Shown: one piece after another, positions 40,900 to 49,945 of the stretch | Numbering within the stretch: the first letter of the stretch is position 1 | How the letters are laid out: each line of letters begins with the position of its first letter | DNA from: Polyangiaceae bacterium | Lineage (GTDB): Bacteria > Myxococcota_A > Polyangia > Polyangiales > Polyangiaceae | Assembly (NCBI GenBank): GCA_965222375.1 | Contig: CBDCTZ010000013.1 | Coordinates: forward strand, 96,001 to 160,000 | Direction of reading: 5' to 3' | DNA length: 64,000 nt | Notes under the pieces: generated by a model | What the model was told of the DNA's origin: nothing | The model's database searches: none | What the model saw: the letters and a program-made list of their open reading frames with translations, nothing else | Translations under genes and position numbers: made by a program

Positions 40900-41651
40900 C
40901 TCGACAGCGCATCACCCGCGCCGCGACCTTGGTGGGCGCTTTGGCTCTGTGGCAGTTGGTGGCGTGGCTGGGCCCCTTGCCTGCGCATGTGCTGCCTGGT
41001 CCCAGAGCGGTCATTTCGTCCATGTTGGCTGGGATTCAGGATGGCACCCTGGTCTCAGGGGTGGGCGTGAGCTTGCGGCGGCTGGCGCTGGGCTATGGGG
41101 TGTCGAGCGCCCTCGGAATCTGTCTGGGGATTGCGATGGGACGCTCCAAGGCCGTCGAGGGCGTTTTGGGAACTTTGGTGGCGGGGCTCCAGCCGTTGCC
41201 GAGCATTTGCTGGATGCCCCTGGCGTTGATTTGGTTTGGGCTGAACGAAAAGGCGATCTTATTCGTGGTGGTGCTCGCGACTCTGGGCACGGTGGCACTC
41301 TCAGTGCGGGATGCAGTGCTTGGGATCCCGACCCTGTGGATTCGAGCTGCCGCGAACATGGGGCTCTCAGGGGCGCGACTCTGGTGGCGGGTGCTGCTGC
41401 CCGCCGCATTGCCAGGCACTTTGACGGGGCTGCGGATCGGATGGAGCTACGCTTGGCGTGCGTTGATGGCCGGCGAACTCTTGTTCGTGGCGGGCGGCTT
41501 GGGACAGGTGATGCACGTGGGGCGAGAACTGAACGACATGGCGCGTGTGCTGGCGGGCATGGTGGCGATCGTAGTGCTCGGACTGCTCTTCGACAACGTG
41601 CTGCTGGGCAGCGTGGAGCAGCGAATGCGACGCAAGTGGGGCCTGGCCTGA
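40896..41651 (+). CDS. ABC permease, SsuC/TauC family
   Basis: GTGA overlap; LQPLPSICWMPLALIWFG, AAANMG, WRALMAGEL. Confidence 0.9.
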   Translation: MTRQRITRAATLVGALALWQLVAWLGPLPAHVLPGPRAVISSMLAGIQDGTLVSGVGVSLRRLALGYGVSSALGICLGIAMGRSKAVEGVLGTLVAGLQPLPSICWMPLALIWFGLNEKAILFVVVLATLGTVALSVRDAVLGIPTLWIRAAANMGLSGARLWWRVLLPAALPGTLTGLRIGWSYAWRALMAGELLFVAGGLGQVMHVGRELNDMARVLAGMVAIVVLGLLFDNVLLGSVEQRMRRKWGLA

Positions 41652-41727
41652 GCCGCCCGCAGCGGGACTTTCGCGGCTTTGCCTCGCTGCTTGTCGCGCT
41701 GTGCCCGGCGCGCTAGCCATGGCAAAA

Positions 41728-42447
41728 ATGGCAAGAAAGCTCATATCCGCACTCGTGACGGCCGGCCTTTGCATCTATTCCGGCTGCGGCGGTGGGGACA
41801 AGCCCGCGAAGGCGCCCACCAACATCGAGGACGGCGAGCCACAAAGGGGCGATCCTGCGACCTTGAACGTGAGTGCCGAGATCGGCGCCATGGACGAAGC
41901 CAAGGTCACCAAAGTGTTCCACAAGAGCATGCGGGCGCTGCAGGGTTGCCTGGGTGAAGGCGCGCAGCGGGTCGAGTTCATTGGCGGCGGCGTGGCGTTC
42001 TTCGTCAAGGTTGGCCAAGACGGCCGTGTCACGCACGCACATCTGGAGCGCTCGACCCTCGGGGATCGGGAGACCGAGAAGTGCATGCTGGACGTGCTGC
42101 GCGGCAAGGACTGGCCCGCGCCGGTCGGCGGCAAAGAGGGCCACGCACGCAACAGCTTCGACTTCGATCCTCCGAACGACGTGCGTCCAGCAGAGGAATG
42201 GCCCAGCGACAAGGTGGAGGAAGCCCTTGACGAGAAGCGATCTGAGATCGCTAGCTGCAAGTCGAACGCTCCCGGCACCTACCAGGTCACGATGTACGTC
42301 AAGACCAGCGGCGAGGCCCTCTCCGTTGGTGTCACGCCACCTAACGCGCAGGGAGAATCGGCCGTTGACTGCCTCGTTGATGCTTTGAAGGCCGCGGAAT
42401 ACCCGAAGCCCGGGAGCTGGCCGGCGAAAGTGTCGTTTTCGCTGTGA
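41728..42447 (+). CDS. Lipoprotein with two AgmX/PglI (TonB-C-like) domains
   Basis: Lipobox YSGC; STLGDRETEKCML..WPAPVGG; AVDCLVDAL..YPKPG. Confidence 0.72.
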   Translation: MARKLISALVTAGLCIYSGCGGGDKPAKAPTNIEDGEPQRGDPATLNVSAEIGAMDEAKVTKVFHKSMRALQGCLGEGAQRVEFIGGGVAFFVKVGQDGRVTHAHLERSTLGDRETEKCMLDVLRGKDWPAPVGGKEGHARNSFDFDPPNDVRPAEEWPSDKVEEALDEKRSEIASCKSNAPGTYQVTMYVKTSGEALSVGVTPPNAQGESAVDCLVDALKAAEYPKPGSWPAKVSFSL

Positions 42448-43187
42448 GCGACAAGCGCGCTCTGGTCACCGGCGCAGGCATGCGCGTGGGGCGAGAGATA
42501 TCCCTTGCTTTGGCAGGCGCTGGCTACGACTTGGCCGTGCACTATCGCCAAAGCCGCGAGGGGGCAGAGGGGGTCGCCAGTTTGGCGCGAACGCGTGGGC
42601 TGCGAGCGGAGATCGTGCAAGCGGACTTGCGGCAGCGCAAGGCATGTGTCGGGTTGGTCAACGCGGCAATCGAGGCGCTTGGCGGGCTGGACCTATTAGT
42701 CGTCAATGCCGCAGAGTTCGTGCGGACGCCGCTCGAAGATCTCGACGAGGCCGCGTGGAACGGCGCCTTGGAGCTGAACCTGTCCGCTGGGCTCTGGCTC
42801 ACGCTGGCTGCTACTGAGGCGCTGCGGCAGACCCAGGGCAACATCGTATTCGTCACCTGTTCCAGTACCACGGTACCGTTCAGGAACTACCTGCCCTACG
42901 TGGTCGCGAAGGGTGGCCTGCGGCATCTGATGAAAACCTTGGCCCTTGAGCTGGCGCCCAAGGTTCGCGTCAACGCCGTTGCGCCAGGCACGGTCTTGCC
43001 ACCACCCGACATGGGCGCCGCTGCGGTGGCGCGCTTGGTCAAGAGCGTGCCGTTGGGGCGAGTGGGCAGCGGCGAAGACATCGCGCGAGCTGTTGTTTAC
43101 CTCGCTGGAGCGAGCTACGTGACCGGCGAGGAGATCCGCGTGGATGGGGGTCGCGCGTTGGCCCGGGTCGAACGATTCGAAAGGTAG
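42444..43187 (+). CDS. SDR oxidoreductase, pteridine reductase-like
   Basis: TGAGMRVG, AVHYRQS, VNAA, YVVAK, VRVNAVAPG. Confidence 0.88.
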   Translation: MSDKRALVTGAGMRVGREISLALAGAGYDLAVHYRQSREGAEGVASLARTRGLRAEIVQADLRQRKACVGLVNAAIEALGGLDLLVVNAAEFVRTPLEDLDEAAWNGALELNLSAGLWLTLAATEALRQTQGNIVFVTCSSTTVPFRNYLPYVVAKGGLRHLMKTLALELAPKVRVNAVAPGTVLPPPDMGAAAVARLVKSVPLGRVGSGEDIARAVVYLAGASYVTGEEIRVDGGRALARVERFER

Positions 43188-43316
43188 GAGGCGCCTGCAC
43201 CCTGAACGCAATTTTTCCGCGGGATTGTAAGTTGATCGATACGGTTGACATGAAGGACAACATCCGACACCGTAGTTGCAGAACCTACATGGCCCTACAG
43301 CCTACGGAGGACGATC

Positions 43317-44471
43317 ATGTCTCGATCAATTTGGGGAATCGCACTGCTAGCAACGGCAATTCCGTTTGCGGGTTGCTCGAGTTCGGACTCGGATCCGGCA
43401 AAGCCTGGGCCCGGATCGTCCGGTGATGAACGGCGTCTGAAGATCGGCAAAGCCGACCTGAGCGGCAGCTGCATCGACGGCAATAAGAACTACTGCGGCG
43501 GCAAGAGCGGCGGCAACTGCTGGTGCGACGAAGCCTGCTCCCAATATGGGGATTGCTGCGCGGACGCAGAAGATTCCTGCGGCGCCGGCGCAAACACCAG
43601 CTGCAAGTCGACCGAAGATTGCAAACCCGGCGAGTACTGCAAGTCCGACGACGGCTGCGCCACGGACGGCGTCTGCGAGCCCAAGCCTTTGAACGTGTTC
43701 TGCGCAGCGGTCGCGACCGACTACTGCAGTTGTGACGGCGAGACCAAGTTCGCTTCCAGCGGTTGCATCTTCGATCGCTACGAGCACATCGGCGCGTGTC
43801 AGAAGAAGACCTGCGGCGGCATTGCTGGAACGAAGTGCGCGCAGGGCGAAATCTGCCTCGACGACCCGAGCGATACATGTGATCCCAACAACGGCGGGGC
43901 GGACTGCATCGGTATCTGCAAGCCGAAGACCTTCTGCGGCGGCATCGCCGGCATCCCCTGCCCGGATGGCTACAAGTGCGTGGACGACGGCGACGACAAC
44001 TGTGATCCGGCCTTTGGTGGGGCGGATTGCGGTGGTGCGTGCGTGCCGAATCCCAGTTGCTCACAAGTCATGTGCACTCTGTACTGCCCCTTGGGCTTCC
44101 AGACCGGCGCCGATGGCTGCCCGATTTGCAAGTGTAACGAACCCCCCGCGCAAAATAGCTGTGCCGGTAATTGCGGAGCCCCGAGCCCCGACAAGAGCTG
44201 CTACTGCGACAAGAAGTGCGAGCAATACAACGATTGCTGCTCGGACTACGCCACGGAGTGCAAGGCAGATCGCACGCCTGCCGGCGGGCAGTGCGTGAAG
44301 AACTCCAACGACGCTTGCAGCACCGACGCGGACTGCCTCGGCGGCGGGTGCGGCGGCGAACTTTGCTACAACCCGGCTTTGGGCGGCGGTATCAGCACCT
44401 GCGAGTGCACGGCCCCGACCAACGTCGCCGGCTGCGGCTGCGTCAACAACAAGTGCACTTGGTACAACTGA
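43317..44471 (+). CDS. Cys-rich mosaic lipoprotein (somatomedin-B-like x2, antistasin-like, CGGIAG repeats, C-terminal Cys cluster)
   Basis: Lipobox FAGC; CWCDEACSQYGDCCAD; CYCDKKCEQYNDCCSDY; CTLYCPLGFQTGADGCPICKC; RBS GGAGG. Confidence 0.82.
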   Translation: MSRSIWGIALLATAIPFAGCSSSDSDPAKPGPGSSGDERRLKIGKADLSGSCIDGNKNYCGGKSGGNCWCDEACSQYGDCCADAEDSCGAGANTSCKSTEDCKPGEYCKSDDGCATDGVCEPKPLNVFCAAVATDYCSCDGETKFASSGCIFDRYEHIGACQKKTCGGIAGTKCAQGEICLDDPSDTCDPNNGGADCIGICKPKTFCGGIAGIPCPDGYKCVDDGDDNCDPAFGGADCGGACVPNPSCSQVMCTLYCPLGFQTGADGCPICKCNEPPAQNSCAGNCGAPSPDKSCYCDKKCEQYNDCCSDYATECKADRTPAGGQCVKNSNDACSTDADCLGGGCGGELCYNPALGGGISTCECTAPTNVAGCGCVNNKCTWYN

Positions 44472-44492
44472 GCTGAGTGCAAATGAACAACA

Positions 44493-44529
44493 GGGGCTGC
44501 TTCGTGAAGAGGCAGCCCCGGGTTCTTTT
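44493..44529 (+). terminator. Rho-independent terminator-like hairpin between convergent genes
   Basis: GGGGCTGCT..GGCAGCCCC then GGGTTCTTTT. Confidence 0.65.
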
Positions 44530-44555
44530 GTGGTTGGGTGCTCGAACCGAGGGCG

Positions 44556-45446
44556 CTAGCCGTCCATGAACACGACCACACCGTCAACGCTGGTCGCTTC
44601 GACGGGCTTGCCGATCTTGAGCCGCTCGGCAGCGATCCCCTGGCTGACGAGTTCGGCTTGGACTCGTGCGGACAAGGGCATGGGCGGAGGCGCGCCGTTC
44701 GGTGGAGAGGGTGCTTTGGCTTGCGACACGTCCGGCGCGCCGTTGGCTTCAGTCGGCGCTGGGTTCGGCGGTGCCGCGACCGCTGCGGCATCAGAAAGCT
44801 CGAACTTCAAGGACTTGCGAAGTTTGGCCACCCGGGAGATGGCCGCGAAGGCCTGACCCGCCACAGGACCGGGCTTTTCGCCGAGTTCGTCCTTGGGAAT
44901 GAGCAGCTCGACGCGACCCTCTCTTGCGGAAAGTTCGATGCTGCCCAGGGCGATCGACTTGTGCAGCAAGATGCTCAAGTCTCGAACCAAATCGGCCCGC
45001 GAGGCGACGGTCTTTTCCGCTTCGGCCAGGCGATCAGCGCGTGCCTTGGTTGCAGACAGGGCATCAGCAAGTCGTTTCTTCTCGTCGGCGAACGCGCGCA
45101 AGTGATCGCCGACCCGTGAGAGCTCGCCGCGCAATTGGTCCACGAGATCACTTGCGCTCTGCCTTTCTTGCTGGCTGATGCTCTGCGCCAGCTCGGCCTC
45201 GGCGATCTTCTGGTCACGCTGCTCCAGCCGCTTTTCGCGCTCTCGGATGGCGTTTTCCGCTTTGGCAAGCTTGTTGGAGATGACGGCCAGCTCAGCGAGG
45301 GTGCGGCGATGGGCTTCCTGCTCCACCGCGACCACGGATCGAGCCTCTTCGTAGCGGGTCTGGGGAACGACGCAGCCGGCGATCAATGGCAGCAGAAGCG
45401 CAGTTCTCATGAGTGGAAGTAGGGAAACGAAACGTTTGAAGGTCAT
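44556..45446 (-). CDS. Coiled-coil lipoprotein with degenerate OmpA/MotB-like C-terminus
   Basis: RBS GAGGA; lipobox IAGC; heptad region; LVSQGIAAERL. Confidence 0.6.
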   Translation of the reverse strand: MTFKRFVSLLPLMRTALLLPLIAGCVVPQTRYEEARSVVAVEQEAHRRTLAELAVISNKLAKAENAIREREKRLEQRDQKIAEAELAQSISQQERQSASDLVDQLRGELSRVGDHLRAFADEKKRLADALSATKARADRLAEAEKTVASRADLVRDLSILLHKSIALGSIELSAREGRVELLIPKDELGEKPGPVAGQAFAAISRVAKLRKSLKFELSDAAAVAAPPNPAPTEANGAPDVSQAKAPSPPNGAPPPMPLSARVQAELVSQGIAAERLKIGKPVEATSVDGVVVFMDG

Positions 45447-45457
45447 GACGGTTTTCC

Positions 45458-45790
45458 TCAAACCAGAGAGACGCCGCGCAAGCTGAGCAGGTCTACGTGC
45501 TCGGCGAGGGTGAGTCGGTCCGCGTCCTTGATTTCGACGAAGCGGAAGGCCTGCTGAGTTCCACGGCTCCACACGGGGCGTGCAACGGCGACCAGCGCGC
45601 GCAAGCGCTCGGGGAGCCTGAGCTCCAAGCGTTGGATCATCGATTGGTCACGGGGCGCAACGGGCCGACCGCGATCGATGATGAGTCCGGAGGGTGACAC
45701 TTCGATGCCTCGACACATGGACGTGCGTCCGCCCTCGCGCTGAATGACCTTGAAATCGGTTCGTCCTCTTAGCCCATGTCGCCGAATCAT
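45458..45790 (-). CDS. PilZ-domain protein
   Basis: RHGLR (RxxxR), EVSPSG, LELRLP..ARPVW..AFRFVEI. Confidence 0.7.
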   Translation of the reverse strand: MIRRHGLRGRTDFKVIQREGGRTSMCRGIEVSPSGLIIDRGRPVAPRDQSMIQRLELRLPERLRALVAVARPVWSRGTQQAFRFVEIKDADRLTLAEHVDLLSLRGVSLV

Positions 45791-46016
45791 CGCGGGAACC
45801 CTCCTGAGAAACGCGATCGTACGGGCCCGTCGTCCCCCGGGGCCAACTTCAGGCACACATTATCCTACATGTTTGATGAAGCAGTTATGGAAGCGCTCGC
45901 AACTTCAACACATCTTGATCCGCAAGGCATCGGCAACCGGAAGGCTTTCACTGACCGCCAAGGCCTCATCCAAGACAGGCGCCACGCCCTCTAGGGGACG
46001 GAGACTGTAACTGGAA

Positions 46017-47585
46017 TCAGTAGCTGATCGTTTGCGTGTGGAGCGTCGCGCCGCTGTCGGCGATGAACTTGACCTGAATCGTCGGCGGCACCGCGTTGGG
46101 ATCCGCTTCAAACACCGTGATGCTGCTGGTGCCCGTCTTGAAGTCGAAGTGCGGGGGCCCGGGCAACGTGGCCCATAGGGGGTTGGCGCTGTAGTCGCCG
46201 GGGCCCATCAAAACTTCGCGAAACGGCGACCACTTGCCCGTTGGCTCGATCCGGGTTGAGGCGCCCAAATGGAAGTCGCCAGACACGAAGAGCACGCCAG
46301 GGATCTTGTTCTGGATCAGGAAGTCCAACAGCTTGGTGCGCTGCGCGGCGTAACCCTCCCAGCGATCGTTGGCTGCGAAGTCGAATAGCCCGGGGAAATT
46401 CGTAATCGGTACCGAGTTGACGATGATCTTGAAGGTGGCGGTGCTGTTCTGGAGGCCCGCGATCAGCCAAGAGAACTGAGCCTGCGAGAGGTATTCGGCG
46501 TTGGGCCCCAATGCGGTGGAGGGCTTGCGCTCGCCCCGAGCGTCGAGAACGAAGATCTCCAACGTGTCCCCCCACTTGTAGCTTCGCCAGAGTCGGTTCG
46601 GGTTCGTGGCGGAGCGACGAATTGGCAGGTGCTCGTAGAAAGCCTGTCGGGCATCGGCGAGGCGCCCGGCGGGAAACGTCTCAGGGTTCCAGTTGTTGTC
46701 AACTTCGTGGTCGTCCCAGGTTGCGTAGTGCGCCGTGCTCTGAAGCGCCTCCTGGTAAGTGCCCTCACCGATTTGACCGAGCCATTTGGAGCGGTAGTCC
46801 GCAAGAGTCTTGGCGGAATCGTTGTAGGTGGTGTCCCCGGCCAGAATGAAGAAGTCGAGCTTCTGCTCGCCCGCACGCTTGAGCGCATCGAAGGGAGCAC
46901 GGTCGTTCTTGGTGCAGGACGTGCCACCGAAGCGCAGCTTGACCTTGGCACCGGCGAGAGGTGCGGTCACGAACCGCCCGATGGGAGAGCGGGCGCTGAA
47001 GCTCGTTCCCTGCTGCTGCAGGAACACGTAGGAAAGCTCGGTCAAGGAGGGCAGACCGACCGCATCGATATGCACGTAGCCGTCGGCAGTCGGCGTGACT
47101 GGCGTATCGAAGAACACCAAGGCCTTGCCCGGCGTGGTCGGAGTGTAGACCCGGGCCACGACTGGAGCAGAGCCGGAGTACTTCGTCCACAGCATCACGG
47201 CCGTGGCCGTGGGGTCTCCGGACTGGATCCCAATCGGGAAGGCGTTCTTGGATTCGGTGATCGTGGTCGGGTCGAAGTTCATCTCCGTGCCGCCGCTGCC
47301 GCCAGAGCCCGCTGCGCCGGCGGAGCCCGCGCTACCCGCCGTACCTGCGGAACCACTCGCGCCGCCCTGACCCGCAGCGCCACCGGTGACGCTGCCCGCG
47401 CTACCTCCCGTCGCGATGGCCCCGGTGCCACCCGTCGCCCCGCCGGTCCCCGAGCTACCTCCGCCCAGGCCGCCACCGCCCGAGACAGCCCCGGCCCCTC
47501 CCCTGCCGCCGCTGGAGTCTTCGTCAGAGCTTCCACAGGAAACGACCACGGAGAGCAGGATCACGGCGAGTGCGGGCGGGCGCAT
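46017..47585 (-). CDS. Alkaline phosphatase D (PhoD) family lipoprotein
   Basis: GIQSGDP..LWT, SC, AGDTTYND, WDDHEVDNN, LDAR, WEGY, SGDFH. Confidence 0.9.
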   Translation of the reverse strand: MRPPALAVILLSVVVSCGSSDEDSSGGRGGAGAVSGGGGLGGGSSGTGGATGGTGAIATGGSAGSVTGGAAGQGGASGSAGTAGSAGSAGAAGSGGSGGTEMNFDPTTITESKNAFPIGIQSGDPTATAVMLWTKYSGSAPVVARVYTPTTPGKALVFFDTPVTPTADGYVHIDAVGLPSLTELSYVFLQQQGTSFSARSPIGRFVTAPLAGAKVKLRFGGTSCTKNDRAPFDALKRAGEQKLDFFILAGDTTYNDSAKTLADYRSKWLGQIGEGTYQEALQSTAHYATWDDHEVDNNWNPETFPAGRLADARQAFYEHLPIRRSATNPNRLWRSYKWGDTLEIFVLDARGERKPSTALGPNAEYLSQAQFSWLIAGLQNSTATFKIIVNSVPITNFPGLFDFAANDRWEGYAAQRTKLLDFLIQNKIPGVLFVSGDFHLGASTRIEPTGKWSPFREVLMGPGDYSANPLWATLPGPPHFDFKTGTSSITVFEADPNAVPPTIQVKFIADSGATLHTQTISY

Positions 47586-47670
47586 GATCCGATCATACAA
47601 CCCCGGCTCGAGTCGGGCCCGAGGGTCGACAATCTTGCCTGTTTTCGAATATTTGGGCGACAACGCGGGC

Positions 47671-48822
47671 GTGAATGGGACCCGAATAGGCGCTCTGGTT
47701 GCCGGGCTGTTGGCGCCGTTCCTACTCGCTACTTGGGCACAGGGAGGCGGCAAGCTCGATCTCTCGCGGCTGAAGCACAAGGACGGAGCCGTGGTGGCGA
47801 AATCTGCCGAGGGCAATGAGGTCACCACCACATTGGACCCACGGTTGCAGCGCGCGACGGGACGACTGGTGGCCCGGGCCAACCCTCTGGCCGCCGCGGC
47901 GGTTCTCATCGACGCGCGAAATGGCAACGTACTGGCCCTCGTGGAACGCGCACACGCAGGCAAATCCTTTGGCTCGCTACTGCTTCGACCCTCAGCACCC
48001 TCAGCAAGCTTGTTCAAGCTCGTGACGACGGCAGCGTTGTTGGAACGAGGTCACGTCAACCCAAAGCTTCGAGTCTGCACTCGAGGCGGTCAGCGCCGCA
48101 TCGAGCGCCGGCACCTAGAGGCGCCGAAACTCGCCGGCACACGCTGCAACCTCTTCTTCTCCGCCTTGGGTCACAGCCGAAACGCCGTGTACGCGCAGCT
48201 GGTCACGACGCATCTGATGCATCGCGACCTTGCTGCCACCGTCGACGCTTTCGGTCTCAATGCCGCCGTGCCCTTCGACGTCCCTACCCGCGCAGCCCGA
48301 GTCCACTTGCCCTACGGCGATCTGGCCTTCGCGCGAACTGCGGCAGGTTTTGAAAACGTGCGCCTGTCGCCGCTGGGTGCCGCACAACTGGCAGCCGTCG
48401 TGATGACGGGGGGACGGAAGATGCGGTTCTTCGTCAAGGGCAACCGTGCCAAATCCCGCACCTTGGAAGGGCGCGCGATCAGCGAGCCGGTCGCGCACAC
48501 GCTGCGTCGCATGATGGAGGTGACGGTTCACGCCGGCACGTCCCTGGACGCCTTCAGCAGCGCGGACGGCCGTAGCCACCTCGGCAGCATTCGGGTCGCG
48601 GGCAAGACCGGAACGCTGAAGCCCAGCGCAAGGGCTCCAACCACGAGTTGGTTCGTCGGCTTCGCGCCCAGCAGAAAGCCCGAAGTCCTCGTCAGCGTCG
48701 TGATGCAGAACGGCAAGGTTTGGCGACAAAAGGCCAATCAGATCGCCCGCGACATGTTGCGGGTTTGGTTTGCCCGGCGCCGCGCTGCTGGGGTGAGCGA
48801 TCCCTTCGCAGCCAAGCCTTGA
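47671..48822 (+). CDS. Penicillin-binding protein, transpeptidase domain only
   Basis: TTLDPRLQ, SLFK (SxxK), SRN (SxN), GKTGT, WFVGFAP. Confidence 0.88.
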   Translation: MNGTRIGALVAGLLAPFLLATWAQGGGKLDLSRLKHKDGAVVAKSAEGNEVTTTLDPRLQRATGRLVARANPLAAAAVLIDARNGNVLALVERAHAGKSFGSLLLRPSAPSASLFKLVTTAALLERGHVNPKLRVCTRGGQRRIERRHLEAPKLAGTRCNLFFSALGHSRNAVYAQLVTTHLMHRDLAATVDAFGLNAAVPFDVPTRAARVHLPYGDLAFARTAAGFENVRLSPLGAAQLAAVVMTGGRKMRFFVKGNRAKSRTLEGRAISEPVAHTLRRMMEVTVHAGTSLDAFSSADGRSHLGSIRVAGKTGTLKPSARAPTTSWFVGFAPSRKPEVLVSVVMQNGKVWRQKANQIARDMLRVWFARRRAAGVSDPFAAKP

Positions 48823-48824
48823 GC

Positions 48825-49862
48825 TCAGTGCTGAGTCTCCAGACCCACCTCCGCCCAGGCCAACATGCCGCCCTCCAGATTGCTCACCTGGGCGAAGCCA
48901 GAGCTGGTCAGCATGGCCGCCGCAGTGGCACTGCGAGCGCCTGCTCGACATACCATGACGAGCTCCCCATCAACGTAGCCCGCAAGCTTGGGCAAGCGCT
49001 GTTCGAGGGAATCCATGGGCACCAACAGGGCGCCGGGAACGTGGCCGAGAGGCCCGACGAACTCTTCCGGCTCGCGGACATCGACCACAACGGGGGGCGA
49101 TTTGGTCTTCAGCGCCTCCGCCAGCCCCACCGCCGAAACGGTGCGGACCTTCACTACATCGCCCATCGAAGGGAACTCCACTTCATTCGCTTCGAAACCT
49201 GATTGATTGACCTGCAGCGCCTGCTGAATTCGGTCGGGGAGCGGCAACCCCAAGTTCGCCATCAGGTCGCAGTACTCTTTTCGAGAGCGATTGGAAAAGC
49301 GCGCATTGGATGTGCGCTCGCGCGCAATGGTGCTCACAGTATTGCCTTTGTAGTCGTGACCCGGGTGCACCACTGTCTCGCCGGGAAGCGCGAATAGACG
49401 CTTGGTGACTGCGTCGAATTGCGCCGCCGCATCCCCACCTGGAAAGTCCGTGCGGCCGGATCCGCCGATCAACAAGGTGTCACCCGTGAGCACCGCACCG
49501 GGGATCACGTAACAGACCGAGTCTCGAGTGTGGCCTGGCGTATGCCACACCGTGATGGACTCCTCGCCCAGCGGGATCACGTCTTCGTCTTCTAGATGGC
49601 GATCCACTAGGGGGCTCGGACTGTTCTTGTGCATTGCCAGCGGCGCGCCCAAGAGCTTCTTTTCCAGTCGGCCCAACATCAGATGGTCGGCGTGGGTGTG
49701 GGTCTCGAGCAGCAAGGCGAGGTTGAGCTCGCGTCGGCGGACCTCAGCCAAATAACTCGGGACCCGCTCCCGCACCGGGTCCACGAGTGCCGCCTGATCC
49801 CCGGACACAAGCAGATAGCTGCGACAGTTCGAGTGGTTGAGTTCCTGGACCTCAATCGCCAT
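48825..49862 (-). CDS. MBL-fold persulfide dioxygenase (ETHE1-like) fused to rhodanese
   Basis: ETHTHADH, HTPGHT, TGDTLLI..GRTDF, PGHDYKG; rhodanese CRAGARS. Confidence 0.88.
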   Translation of the reverse strand: MAIEVQELNHSNCRSYLLVSGDQAALVDPVRERVPSYLAEVRRRELNLALLLETHTHADHLMLGRLEKKLLGAPLAMHKNSPSPLVDRHLEDEDVIPLGEESITVWHTPGHTRDSVCYVIPGAVLTGDTLLIGGSGRTDFPGGDAAAQFDAVTKRLFALPGETVVHPGHDYKGNTVSTIARERTSNARFSNRSRKEYCDLMANLGLPLPDRIQQALQVNQSGFEANEVEFPSMGDVVKVRTVSAVGLAEALKTKSPPVVVDVREPEEFVGPLGHVPGALLVPMDSLEQRLPKLAGYVDGELVMVCRAGARSATAAAMLTSSGFAQVSNLEGGMLAWAEVGLETQH

Positions 49863-49945
49863 GGAAAACATCATGCACCGAGCGCGTAGCTCCGTCGACC
49901 CGTACGATTGGGGCGGTTCGAAGGTTCGGCCCCCGGATCTGACTT

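Noticed and set aside
46017..48017. Long overlap between the PhoD and PBP ORFs (47386-48017)
   Set aside because: Artefact of longest-ORF starts; likely starts at 47585 and 47671 give a normal divergent pair
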